NCBI GenBank assembly: GCA_030704615.1
Contig: CM060733.1
Coordinates: 39,308,001-39,372,000, forward strand
Direction of reading: 5' to 3'
DNA from: Takakia lepidozioides
Lineage: Eukaryota; Plantae; Bryophyta
DNA: 64,000 bases
The notes below the pieces were generated by a model. The model did no database searches and was not told the origin of the DNA. It saw only the letters and a list, made by a program, of their open reading frames with translations. The translations under genes and the position numbers were made by a program. Below are positions 12,201 to 24,558 of this stretch, in pieces. Every line of letters begins with the position of its first letter. The stretch's first letter is position 1.

Positions 12201-13870
12201 AGTAAATGACTCGTTATATCTCTATCATTTGTACTCTATTTTTTTTAAAGAAAAGTAGATACCAGAATATCATGTTTTTCCTATCTAACTTAGAAGAGAA
12301 CATTGGAAAATAAGTTTGAACGAGATGACTAATGAGGGTTTGCCCTCGTTTCTTTTATCTGCTCTCACATCCATTGTTTGTTCACACTTGATATCCTCAT
12401 CTCTTTTTTCTTTCATCTCCATCATTCTTCAAAACCTCAACACAATTCTCAGGTCCTTCACATCAATCGGTCAAAACATCTTAATCCTAGGCAAATGACG
12501 ACTTAAGTTTGTCATTCACATGGCAAAACATTAATTCTCTTCAAAATGATCATACTTTCAACTTGGTTGGCAATAAAGATATTCATGAAGAATTCACTCA
12601 TCTTTGTGAGCTCACCAAAGTTTTGGAAGACTTGCCAACTAGCATAAAGGCCTTTGGACCGAATGAAATGTCAATGAAATTTTGCAATTGCTTTTGGTCC
12701 ACCAACATTCAGTGGTTACTAGTTTTATTGATATGACCGATATTATGTAATGTCATCTCAAAATTATATCTCAAGATGCCATTTTGATTTTTTAAGACAC
12801 GATAAAAGCTCTCATATCTAATTATTGTCATATTTATAAAATCATTATTAAGTCTCTTACGTACTATTCGACTACAACATGATCTTCTTCCTTCATAATT
12901 TGACTCCAAGTTTGGTATACTTGGCATTGGTTGTCTCTTCCTTTACATTTGACCAATCTTAAAAAGTTCATTTGTCAACATTAATGCATCTATTTTGAAA
13001 ATATTTTGTTAAGCTTGATAAGGATTTTCGGTGAACCAGGAAAGAATAGTGGTCATAATATCTAAGCACCAAGTCTTTTCACTTCCCATGGTGGGAAGAC
13101 ATATCACTTATTGGCTCATCACATTGGATGGCATTTACGAGTTTCCATTATCTATAATTATTCTAAATACTCATTTTTGTTGGGAACATAGTGTGTTCTA
13201 TCATTGTTCAACATAGTGTGATCTATATGATTTATCACAATGATTTGGTCACTTGACTTTTCCATATTCAAGCATGTGAATACTCTAGTTAGTGATTGCC
13301 AAAAGCCCAATCTATGACTTTTTTGACCAAGTGGTTCCCTCATTCTCAAACGGGGGCCATGTTGCTTAATCTGCATGATCTCTTTCTCAACATACTAGAA
13401 GGCTCCAGCTGAAGGCTAGTGTAGAAAAAAGTCGCTTCTCTTCACCAACACAACTTGTCATCCTTCTTTATCTCCAAGTGCTAGTATTCATTTAGAAGCC
13501 CTCTCTCAAATGATTCCAAGTTCAATACACTAAATGACAACTCTTTCTGATCAACACTCCAACATCTGGAAGTCAACTATCTGCTCTGCACAGTATCAAT
13601 TACATTCACATCTATCTCATAAATCCCCCACCACAAAATTTGAGATCCTCAGGCACTAGTCATTGTTTGGTAATCTAAAATTTAAGAGTGACACAGATTG
13701 GGGTGACACAGAAGGGAGTGTCACTCCAATCAGTTTAAGTCCCACTTGGTGTCGTGAAATTTGACTGTTCAAAGGATGGGGTGACACTAAGTTAGTGTCC
13801 ATCCAGAGTTGAATCCTACACCTCGTAAACGTTGTAGCCGTCACCTTTGCAACAAACTACTCATCCTAGG
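9300..13870. other. AT-rich, ORF-poor decayed region, probably old TE remnants; family not identifiable
   Basis: Only short stop-riddled frames. A 40-bp direct repeat (11263/11693) and clustered GTGACAC/GTGTCAC motifs at 13690-13800. Confidence 0.3.
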
Positions 13871-14111
13871 ACAAATCATTTGATTTGAATTCTAAACTAT
13901 ATAATAGTGAGTCCGGGAAAGAGGGGCGGGGAGGATTGAACCGCAGATCGTCTGCGTGGCACGATCCAACTGGTGGTAGTAATAGTGATAGTGTAGTAAA
14001 GTACAAAAGTACGCGGTATTACTAGTGAGTAGTAATGAGGGGAGGCTGCATTGAGGACTTACTAGTGAGCAGTGAAAAAGTAAAAAGGAAAAAAAGTAAG
14101 TAGCTCAGTAC

Positions 14112-14138
14112 AGAGCCGTTGGTGCACACACAACGGCA
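14112..14138. promoter_or_regulatory. Pair of inverted MSA (mitosis-specific activator, AACGG core) elements upstream of cyclin B
   Basis: gagCCGTTGgt (14116-14121; reverse complement cCAACGGct) and aCAACGGca (14131-14136). MSA/MYB3R sites are the established regulators of plant CYCB promoters. Confidence 0.65.
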
Positions 14139-15910
14139 CTCTGACTTGCGAGACATGTTGAGTCTCGACGAGGCCGCTCGAGATTGTCTCGCTCGCACTG
14201 TGCTCTTGCTGGGGACTTGTAGTCTGTGCGTCAATTGCAGTTAAGTTCTAGACTTGTCTTCCCTATCCTTCTTGCATTTGAGTGACTGCTCTGCTCCATC
14301 ACTTGAGAATCTCGTGTCATTTGCTTGTGTAAGGCGATTCTAGGATTCAGTTCTTTTTACAGTAGCGAGGGGGGTGTTGCGTTGGTTTTGAATCTGTTCT
14401 GTAAGTTTTTCTCGGGAAATTGTAGTGCTGGTGTAGTTTTCGTACTCTTTGCGTTTGAAGGTGAGTTGATATGCTCCTCATTCTCCTCGATTTTTGAAGT
14501 AGTTTTCGCAATCGGGCATTCCCCTTTTTTGGTTGGGGTGCATTTTTGGCAGTATTTCCCTGCCCCTATCTGTCAGTCTCCATTCTTCTCCGTTTTTTTT
14601 TTTCCTCCCCTCTAAGTCTGGGCTTCTCGTACTGCTACTCTGTATGTGTCCTTCTTTCTCGGGATGTTCATATTCGGCCACCGTATTCAGACCACACCTC
14701 CTTCCCTCCAGCCCTGCCGCTTGATGTGCTAAGGAGGTCGAACAGCTCTTGACAACAGGCGTTCGAAGGGAGTTACACACTAGAGAGCTGCGAGGAGCCA
14801 ATAATTCTAAAGGAGAGCGACAATGCATGCCACCCGGGTAAGCCAAACTACAGCCACCTTCTTAATTAAAGGGATGCCAATGTGAACTGAGATCGCAACA
14901 TCTCCTGATTGCCGAGTGCACGCCCTTAACCTGGCTGGCAGGAGAAGTGGCTCATGTGTTTGTAATCTTGTGAAGTTCTGGAGCCCCTCAATCTCATTCT
15001 GGCTTGGACAGTAGCCAGTTTCAAGAATGCGGGACACACTTTCCCATTTCGGTGGGGTGGTGCCCAGAGCCTTTCCCAAAGATTATTCTTCAGTTCGGCC
15101 AGTCTAATGCACAACCAGGTTGGTGACTGTGTACATTGGTACTCCACTTTTGCGGCTGGATTGATTGAGCAGAGAATCTCCAACATGGATGCGATTTGCT
15201 AATTTCGAGAAAAGGACATTGCTTCTGAAGGTTCTTGCGAAAGCTGCATGCCAAAATCTGTCTCAGATGCCATACTCGCTCCTGAACTCGGATAATGTGC
15301 ATTGATTGGCAATAGCAGCTTAGGTTTGTGACGAGCTCTCAGTTGACTTGCCCTATGTGGAAGCACACCTGTTCCCAAGTTATTTACAGTGGGCTGATGC
15401 GTGAAGCTTTTTGGCAGTTGTGGGATGGGAATTGACCTCTTCCGTTAATTTAAGCAACAATAAATTTCTTGACAGGGGCATGTAAGTAAAATGACCTTTG
15501 TGTTTGGATGTGCAGCAACAAAGGGGTTGCCATGATGAGAATAATCGAGTTGACCAAGGTGCCAAGCCCAATTTATCCTCAAAAGGTCTGCCCCAGCCTG
15601 AGCTTTGCAATCCTCATCTACATAGCTTCACTTGCACATCTCTGTGTCTGTGGGCATTGTAATTTTTCTTTCTGTATGTCTGTCTCTCTCCATGGTCGCT
15701 GATATGTAGTCACGGAATTATTAGCCGCAAGGCTGTGGCAAGCAGTCTAATCAGCATTTTTCTCTCTCCAGAGCCACCTATTTGGCACCCATGGAGACAT
15801 TCTGAAAGAGGGATTATGTGCCATGCCAGTTTTTTAGTCACTGTTTTCGATACACCAGAAGCATTCTTTGCAAACTCTCCTCTTCAGAAGTTTAAGGGAT
15901 GAAGAGATGA

Positions 15911-18900
15911 ATGAATCCAGGTGCATTGGTGGGGGCTCCAACCATGGCAGCAGGGAGGTCTACCACATCTCGGAGAGCCCTGGGCGACATTGGCAACCTG
16001 GCCGGGGCCATGACTGCGCGTTGCCGTGTTAGCAAGGAGAATTTGCCCGAGTGAGTCTGTGTTATTTTCTCTCTCTATATATCCCTCGGATATGAGAGCA
16101 TAGCTGCCATTTTCTCTGCATGATATATATGGAAGGGCAGTGGGCTGCTAAACCGTTGTTAGGTTATACATACTGTGGCGTCAACTTCAGATTTAACTGG
16201 CCACTCATTGTGACCCTGTGTTTGGGACCAGCTGGAGTGAAGATCAAGCTCGCAAAATCGCATGTTGCCAACTGATATTATTTACTTGTCTGCCACTAGA
16301 AAATCAACCCTCCCAAGTCTGTGGATTGGGGTCGAGCAACTTCAGATAGTGCCTCATTTAACTGCGATGAATTTGAACATAAGTTTGATACACTGCTGTG
16401 TACGTCATGGGTTTTGGAGTATAGGGTCCACAAGAACCTGGCAGTTGGCAAGCAGGTGCCTGGGGTTGATCGTCCCATCACCCGGTAAGACAATTTCTGA
16501 GGCATTTCTTTTGAGTTCCATGGCAGACAGACTTGACTGTATTTCCTGCATCTATCCGTGATCATGTAGAGTATCAATAGCACCAAGAGAGCATCTCTAT
16601 AAAACGCTATATCCTTGCATCAGATTGTAATCAATGCATGCATCACATGTGACAGAGACAACAGAAGTAGGAATGTTCTCTTTGAACATGTTTGACCTTT
16701 GGATGTGTGATTGCGCTGCAATCCATTACATCTGATCTGTACAGGAGATGTGGAGCCAATCTCACAAGCAGAAATGTGGCAACCAAGCACATCAGTCTGG
16801 TATGCATATATGTTCTTTGGCCAGTTGCTTAGCTTCTGTGATGATTTCTGCCTTGAAGTTTCTCTTAGAATTGGAAGTTTGCAACACTGCAACAGGTTCT
16901 TCAATGACACAGACCCCCCTCTCTCTTTCACTCTGTGTCTGTTGTTCGCATTTGGTGCTGTGCGGAAGTGGAATTGAAAAGTGCCGGTCTGTTCTTTGTA
17001 GTGTTGGTATTCCTTCGATGCCTCCAGTTGTCACCCAAATTTTACATGTGCTTTATTAGCTCAGTCTTACAAACAGAGTATTGGTGGCTGTCAGAGAGCT
17101 ATGCCATCCCTACTCTGCAAAAAGGGGGCTTTTGGTCAAGTTCTTGTGTAGTGGTAAAGCAAGTCACTTAAAGAATAGGTTCTCCCTCCCTACCTAAACA
17201 AGTTCAATTTAGTCCTTAATTGTGAAGTTGTGATGAATGCAGCCACCACCACCACCACCACCCAGCAATAAAGTAGGGGTAGACCTTCAGGTTAAAGCCA
17301 CTGAGGCAGTTACCACATGGGGCAGCAAACAACGGCGAACCTCAGGATCCAGTAAGGTGCGGGACGGCCCAAGCACTGCAGCAATGCAGGCTGAGGTCCT
17401 TGTGCAGGCAGCGCAGCACCCGGCAGCACCTGTTCCGCTTCCCAAAATTCAGACGAATTCCGCTACATACCAGAGTGGATTGAATAAGGCAGAACTACAA
17501 ATTGTAAAATCCTCAACCCCTGGCGTGCTGAAGCACAATCGCCATGGTCGCGTAGTGGCTGTGAATGAGAGAGAGGGAACTTTTACATCCCAATTGACAG
17601 CCCAATTGACAGCCCATAGCCAGGTATGTCCTGAAACTCTCACCCATCAACCCCTCAGAAATTGTGTACCAACACATTGAGCTTGTGACAGATTTGGTTC
17701 CTTTGAATATCAGATTTCTTCTGTTGTACAGAACGGCAAGAATTTTTGCCTCGTACAAGCTGTACTAGAACAGACCTTTGCCATGCTGTAGGTGGTGGCT
17801 TCAAATCCTCATAGATTTTTTGGGTGCATAGTGTGTACCTAGCTGTGGGTTGGAATATTCAGGGCAATCTCAAATATCTGGTGGAGGAGTTGGGGGATTA
17901 GTACTCTCTTCAATTTTATGGAGTCAGTGAATAAGGGCCATCTTCTATTCTACTCACTCAATCACAAAGTACCCAATGTGGGCAGGTGACAAGGGAGGGA
18001 TTAGATTCTGTCAACATTGATCAAACTGACATCAACAACCAGCTGGCTGTAGTGGACTATGTGGAGGATATATACAGCTTTTACCGCAACGCTGAGGTCA
18101 GTCTTTCTTGCTCTCAGTGTGTTGCTGTGACTGTAGTCTGATCTGGAATAGACATGATTTGCTGTTGTTCAACTGGTGCTGGTCTCCATGGCTCGGTAGT
18201 GGAGACATGGTGAGAATAAACCAAGGTTGCAAACGACATTTTGAAATAAAATGGTGGATATTCGAGTTTTAATTTTGTGATGTGTGGCACCCTTTTGTCA
18301 TGTTGCTGGATGAGTTCCAGCTAATTCTGACTGAGAAATGGTTCCGCTTTTGTTGTTACGTGTTAAATGCATTGTGCCAGGATGAATTTGAATTCAGTTT
18401 GAATCGTGTTCTGAGAGCAGATGCGAAGCTGTGTGCTGCCCGACTACATGATGAAGCAGGAGGATGTCAATCACAAAATGCGTGCTATTCTGATGGACTG
18501 GCTAATTGAAGTATGCTCATCCTTCTCCGTCTCATTATTTCCTGAAACCAGCCATAACTATTCTAATGGAATCTTTCTCTTCCTCTTTGTTAGGGTGCCA
18601 TATGTACACTGGGGGGTATCACCAGAACTGCATCCTCAAGAATTTGTCATGCCCAGTGAACATCTGTGGTTTTACTTTCTGTATTTGTGTGTTGACTCAC
18701 GTCTCACCTTTTCCACTGTGTACACTAGTTCTTCTGAGGGGACAGAAATGCTAATGCGTCTCTGAAGCTCTTCAAACTAGAAGAGTAGATGTACTGAAGA
18801 GTATTCTGGCTAGCATTGATACTGTACACAGCACATCCAAGGGCTCAAAGAAGCGACGAAATTATGTGATTATTCCACAAAGAAAACCACATCAAGGTTC

Positions 18901-20929
18901 ACACAACTTTATAACATCCACAAATGTGGAAAATGTTAGGGGACTGACCCTATAGCACCGAAGATAGCACTAAAAAAACCAGGCTAAATTGCTGCTGAAG
19001 TCAGCCAGTTGTTTAGGTCCCGCCACACTCCTCATAGGTCCCATGACTTGAACAATTGGCGACTGAAATGTCAAAGTCGATGAATATCATGTGTGGCAGG
19101 TTCATTTGAAGTTCAAACTCATGCCCGAGACACTATTTCTGACGACAAATCTAATTGATCGGTATCTTTGCTGCCAACAAGTATCAAGAAGACTTCTGCA
19201 GCTGGTTGGCGTGACTGCTATGCTTGTTGCTGCAAAGTATGAAGAGATTTGGGCCCCGGAGGTACCATTACCTCAGAGTGCCCTCAGATTGCATTGCTGA
19301 ACTTTCAAATCATTAGTTCAATCCAAGTAGGGGAAGATGCAGAATTATCCTGAAGAGGGGGGCCTTCGACAGGCTGTCTATATTCCTTTATGTGTAGCAC
19401 CTGATATAGTAGCACTTTTTGAATGAACACATGCTGTTAAGCGGGGGAAAGTGAATGAGGTCAATGCCAGACAATTAACTAACACAATTGTTAGATACTT
19501 TTTCTTAGCACCAAGGTAAATTCAGCGTTTCATACATCCGACAACTGTATCTCAGAAGGAGCTAGTATTGCAGAACAATGATTCCCTCCAGGGTGCTTTG
19601 ATTGTCAACATTCAGTGGCAACAGTTGATGATATTCCTGCAAATTTTACAACACAAGGTAACCGATGCTTGTATAATGGTGCTGCCTCTTCTTGTGGCAT
19701 CTGCAGGTTCAGGATTTTGTCTTCATCTCCGATGGTGCATATACAAAGGATCAAATACTATCCATGGTAGGGAATCCTAACTTTGGTGGAAGAGGTAGAA
19801 TATATATTCATGTCACATCCTAGTTAAACTTCTAATAGACTGGATTTAACTCTGGGTTATGTGATTTGAACGCATGTCATCCTAGCCTGAAATTACAGTC
19901 AACCAATGGTAGGGCATAGAAAGCCAGCATCCTGTAGCCTTGGATTCGTCTTTTGCATGGTCACTGAGATACTGTGCATGCGGTTTCCCTTTGCAGGAGA
20001 AGGCAATTCTAAACACAATTCAGTTCAATTTAGCAGTGCCGACCCCGTACGTTTTCATGGTGCGCTTCCTTAAGGCTGCAGCTGCAGACCAACAGGTACA
20101 GATCTCAAGATAGGTCTTGAAACTTTTTATCTCTAGGATTTAGAATGTACCCATACAATATATGCATGATGTCAAGCAGGATAGCATGGTAAATGAGTTC
20201 TGAAACTGGGAAATAACAACTAAATTCGTAATATTGCAATCAAACGTTGTTCTATAATGATGTGATGCCCACACCCACAGGCAGCTGTGAGATCTCTCTC
20301 TCATATGACTTGATTTAACTAGAGTAATCCACTTCCTCTAGCAAACTGCTTAGGCAACATATTGTGGCAAAAGTTGTCCCCATGTTTGAGATGGTCGGGT
20401 TTTATGCTGCAGATGGAGATGGTGGCTTGGTATATGATAGAGCTGTGCATTCAAGAATATGCCATGCTACAGTTCCCACCTTCCCTGCTTTCTGCTGCAT
20501 CGATATACTCGTCATTCTATGCTCTGCAGCGTTCCCCTCGGTGGACTGTGTCCCTCCAACACCATTCTGGCTACAGCGAGTTTGAACTGAAGTAAAGCCC
20601 CTATAAACTAGACACTCTTCTTCCTTTGTCTTTCTCTGTCTTAAACTGTGCTCATTTTGTTAACAGGGTTGATGCTGAGGGTTTGTGATACCTTAAATTG
20701 CACAGTACAAGCATTGGAGAGCCATATCTACCTATGGTCCCAAGTCCCACCCAAGACTAATATAAGTTGTTTTTACTTTTGCAGAGAGTGTGCGTGTATG
20801 ATTGTGGGCTTCCATGCCAAGGCATCGGAAAATAGCCTGAAGGTGGTGCACAAGAAGTACTCCAGTTCCAAGTTCCTTGCAGTTGCGAAGCTCAGCCCTG
20901 CCACATTTCCACCACCTTTTTGCTCTTGA
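15911..20929 (+). CDS. CYCB: B-type (mitotic) cyclin, about 12 coding exons
   Basis: D-box RRALGDIGN (~15971-15997); RPITR|RCGANL; [17 protein letters not shown]; cyclin box [11 protein letters not shown]|[37 protein letters not shown]; [14 protein letters not shown]; last exon ..[17 protein letters not shown] at 20929. GT-AG junctions are mostly phase-consistent. The start codon is uncertain and an upstream exon may exist. Confidence 0.93.
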
Positions 20930-21325
20930 GCCATAGCTAATATCTTTTGTCATCCAAGACACTAGTTGTGAAACATCATGTGCTGATACATGCTAATACT
21001 TTGTCTCTCACAAAGGACCAGCTCTAAGTTCCTGTCAGCTGTGAACCTCAGCTCTACCTGTTTCCCACCTATGTTTTGCTCTGGAACAATGGGTAATACG
21101 TGCTTAGACATACCTACATGCCAATACTTTGTCTCTCACAAAGGACCAGCTCTGAGTTCGTTTCAGTTGTGAAGCTCAGTTCTACCCTGTTTCCCACCTT
21201 TGTTTTGCTCTCGAACAATGGGTAGTACAATGGGTGTTCTAAAGACCAGCTTTGAGTTGCTTTCAGTCGTGAAGCTCAGCTCTACCGTGTTTCCCACTTA
21301 TGGTTTGCTCTCGAAGAATGGGTCA
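20855..21325 (+). repeat. Terminal ~75 nt of the cyclin B CDS plus three degenerate tandem copies in the 3' region
   Basis: ccagttccaagttccttgcagttgcgaagctcagccctgccacatttccaccacctttttgctct recurs at ~21018, ~21146 and ~21246. Confidence 0.8.
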
Positions 21326-22528
21326 GCTATATGCTGATCTCTCTCTCTCTCTCTACTTCTTCTTCTACTGCCCTCTATACTACGAGATCCGTGGGAGATT
21401 CCACTGTTTATTCAGTGGAACCCAAACTCTCACTGATGTCTTCCATTATGAGGATAAAAAATGCTTGGCACCTGCACGAGGCCTTCACCCTTCGACATTC
21501 GCTAGAACATTAATTGTAGTTTCTGGACTTGTTCCTCTCTCATGTTTCCATTTTGTCCCATAAGCTCTATGAGCTTTCCGCGGACGTTATAAAGTACCAT
21601 TTCATTTCATTTCATTTCTCTCTCTCAAGGAGTTGACTCTCAATGCTGTTGGTCTGTGTCTTGGGTGTGTCGTTTTGTCAGCAACCAAATGCACAAACGG
21701 TTGTATAATTTTGACTTCAAATTTCTACTAGCTTCATACTGCAGGCTTGTCATCTCTCCAGATGTTCCTTGTCATCAGAGTAATTCGAAGTTCTAATATG
21801 GAAGAAATGGGCTATGTCTTTCTGGAGGATCCCAGTGGTGGGATCCCCCTTGATATCTGTGTGATGTGCGTGCACACGTACTGAAATGGTAGGATTTGTC
21901 ATCCTTAGCTCGTGTGGAGCTAATACATAACCCAGACAAGGGAGGAATTCGGCTGACAGTGTGGGCACCGCCAAGTACCACCCTCAAGGGTGAAGTGAGA
22001 GAATCCCGAATGGGCGTCGTTAATCAGCCAAGGGCGGGATCATCTTTCCTGCACTTCTTACTCTCATTCTGCGCTCTGGTGTATGAAGGTGTTTTTCAAT
22101 GTGGACTTGATATGTGCTTGTATGGTCCTGGGTTTGTTGGAGTAGGACATTAGTGTCGATGTTGCTCTTTTTGCTTCCAGGCTAGCTTGTGTAATGGCGG
22201 TCTACACCTATACCGATGGACCATCAAACAATTGCACCAGGTGAACGAAATGGCAAGTCTGAAGTTGGCGACAACGATCTCCAACCCACTAAATTCAGTC
22301 AAGCTTAAACTTCGCTCACTGTCGCATTAAAACGCTACGCTGATTCTTCATTCCAATACTCAGGACATTGGTCGCCCTATGCTTCAGGTCGGATCGACGA
22401 AGGAGTGCTTCCAGGCAAGCTGTGGATGTTCGCTGGAATCGACTGAGAGAAACCAAGCCCACTCAGAAAGCTATGGCGACGAGTGCAAGCATCGCTGAAA
22501 ATGGAAGAGGAGAGACGACACCTCACCT

Positions 22529-22737
22529 GACACGTGTCCGTTCCGATGACCGCCTGCCACCAGTCGCCCTTCGCCATGTTTTCTGTTAAAAAGTTTATTT
22601 AATTAATGTATTTAGAAAAAGAAAAACCATTTTGTACTTTTCTGGTTAGTTGGTGCATTATCCACAGTGGATGCCATGCATGCACCATACTGCCACGCGT
22701 CAGAGTTGGTGTCATCGCCGGCGTTCTGCCACGTGTA
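22529..22737 (+). promoter_or_regulatory. ABA/desiccation-type promoter module (ABRE/G-box, CE3-like, RY)
   Basis: GACACGTGTC (22529), CATGCATG RY (22675), GCCACGCGTC (22692) and GCCACGTGTA (22728) lie directly upstream of a LEA-like gene. Confidence 0.7.
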
Positions 22738-23015
22738 GGGAGATCTTTGCGTTGCCACTTGTTCAAATACTGTGGTCAGCTGCTCTGATAAGCGCTCCCC
22801 TGTCTCTCATCTCTCTCCGTCGCTCGCCTCGCAGATCTTGAGCTTCGTCTCCACAGATCACTCCGCAGCAGGATTGTAGCGAGGACCCAGTTTGCATTTC
22901 TAGTGTGCAGCACTTGATCTTGCGGGTCCCAGTTTGTTTTCCAGTCCATCGCCAGTGTCTACCGAGTCCTTCAGAGGTTCGTGGTGAGGTAGAAGAGTGT
23001 TGTTGTGAGGCAGCG

Positions 23016-24012
23016 ATGGCGGCCAGCATGACTGCATTGAATGTGGTGGATGCATCTGCTGCTGCGGTGGGTGTGGTGTCCTGCTCCGCTGCGGTTAGGC
23101 CCGTTCCCACTTCCTGCAGGATGGGATTCGCTTCTCGCATTGGAGGGCAACGTCTTGTTGTAGCACGGAGCCGTTCAGTCTCTGTGAGGCGTGCGCTACA
23201 TGCTCGCGCAGAGGACGACCAGGTAAAGGCATTAGCGTCGCTAGCACTTTGTCCGCCGAACTTTAGCTTCCTTACAACATGGAAATGAAGCCAATGCTGA
23301 AGCTTCGTTGTCAAAATTTGCTCCCTTGTAAACAGTGCCCGCTTGATTATTGCAGTCTGAACTTTAACGAGGGGTTTATGGGTGAGTGGTGCAGCAAAAT
23401 GTGGTGGATAATCTGAAGGATTTCGCGGAGGATACCGCGAACAAATTCCAAGATCTAGCCGCTGAGGCTAAGAAGACAGTAACAGGTGTATCGAACGACG
23501 GCCAGAGAGAAGCAGGGAAGGCGTCAGCTGATCTGAAGAATCGAGCTGATTCTGCTGCCCGCACCAGCAAGAGAAATCTGGAGGATGGTACCGACCAGGC
23601 AGAGAATCTTGGCTCGACTATCCGACAGCAGGCTGAGAATCTGAAAGTGAGTTTAAGCATTCCCCTTGAGTATCTGCAATAAAACGATTTGGAAAAAGAC
23701 AAAAGTGATCATCTTGCTGAAGTTGAAAGGAAAGTTTGTGCATTTGCAACTTCTTGGCTGCTTCTGTCTGTGATATAACATCTTGGAAATTGTGCGGCTG
23801 GTTATGTACAGGAAGCTGTCCTTGGCTCCACATCCGATGCCAAGAAGAGTGCTGAGAGTAACGTTGGTAAGGCCAAGAACTCCACCGACTCTGCTAGCAA
23901 GGATTTCCGTTCCACCATATCAGACGCTGCGCAAACCATTCAGGAGAAGGCAAGTGAAGCTGCCAGCAACGTCCAAGACGCTGTTTCAAGAGGCACAGGA
24001 GGCAAACAGTAA
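23016..24012 (+). CDS. Plastid-targeted LEA (group 3/LEA_4-like) hydrophilic protein; exons 23016-23222, 23395-23646, 23812-24012
   Basis: Ser/Ala/Arg-rich transit peptide MAASMTAL...VRRALHARA, then A/K/D/E-rich amphipathic repeats (KDFAEDTANKFQDLAAEAKK..QTIQEKASEAASNVQDAV). Both GT-AG introns are phase 0. Confidence 0.8.
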
Positions 24013-24558
24013 AGAAGAGGGTAGAAATATTGTAGATTTTTCCATTCTGCAAGCTGCAAAATGCCATGAAGTTGAAACATTGATGTGTTGACGGTAAAAT
24101 TTCTAGAAAATTGTAAAATGACGAAAGTACATTAATCGAGTGTATATACCACTGGCAATGAAAACAACTTCATGCAAACATGTGGCTGACTACAGTTACT
24201 CCTTCCAAACCTATGTACTCAGTTTACTCAAGTAGATGGGTAAAGCTGCATGAACATGTTTAGTAATCAAGGAATGATTTTTTGTTTCACCCCCCACAAC
24301 ACTCTTATTGCACTGTATTTGATACATACTCAGCAATACATGTCATGCTGTATAGTTAACACACCAATGCACTTTCCATACAGGTTACCAATTTCAATTG
24401 CAGCACAGAGAAAAATAATCCAACAACTGACAAGAAATGAAATATCCTATATCCTTATCTGACCTATATCACTTGTGCGTAAAAGACTGTAAATTGAGCA
24501 CATTCAACACTGTAATTGCTTAATTTACAAATCACTGCTCCTGGAAGAATCTTTAATC

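Noticed and set aside
13915-13970. tRNA gene (GGTTCAATCC B-box on the minus strand)
   Set aside because: No cloverleaf or A-box at the proper spacing; at most a SINE-like relic.
11460-14027. CACTA element defined by cactagtaaatacc ... ggtattactagtg
   Set aside because: The short imperfect TIR match has no 3-bp TSD (tcg versus agt) and no recognisable transposase lies inside.
14478-15480. Chain of minus-strand ORFs in the cyclin 5' region
   Set aside because: No motif I can assign; could be a decayed insertion but is unsupported.
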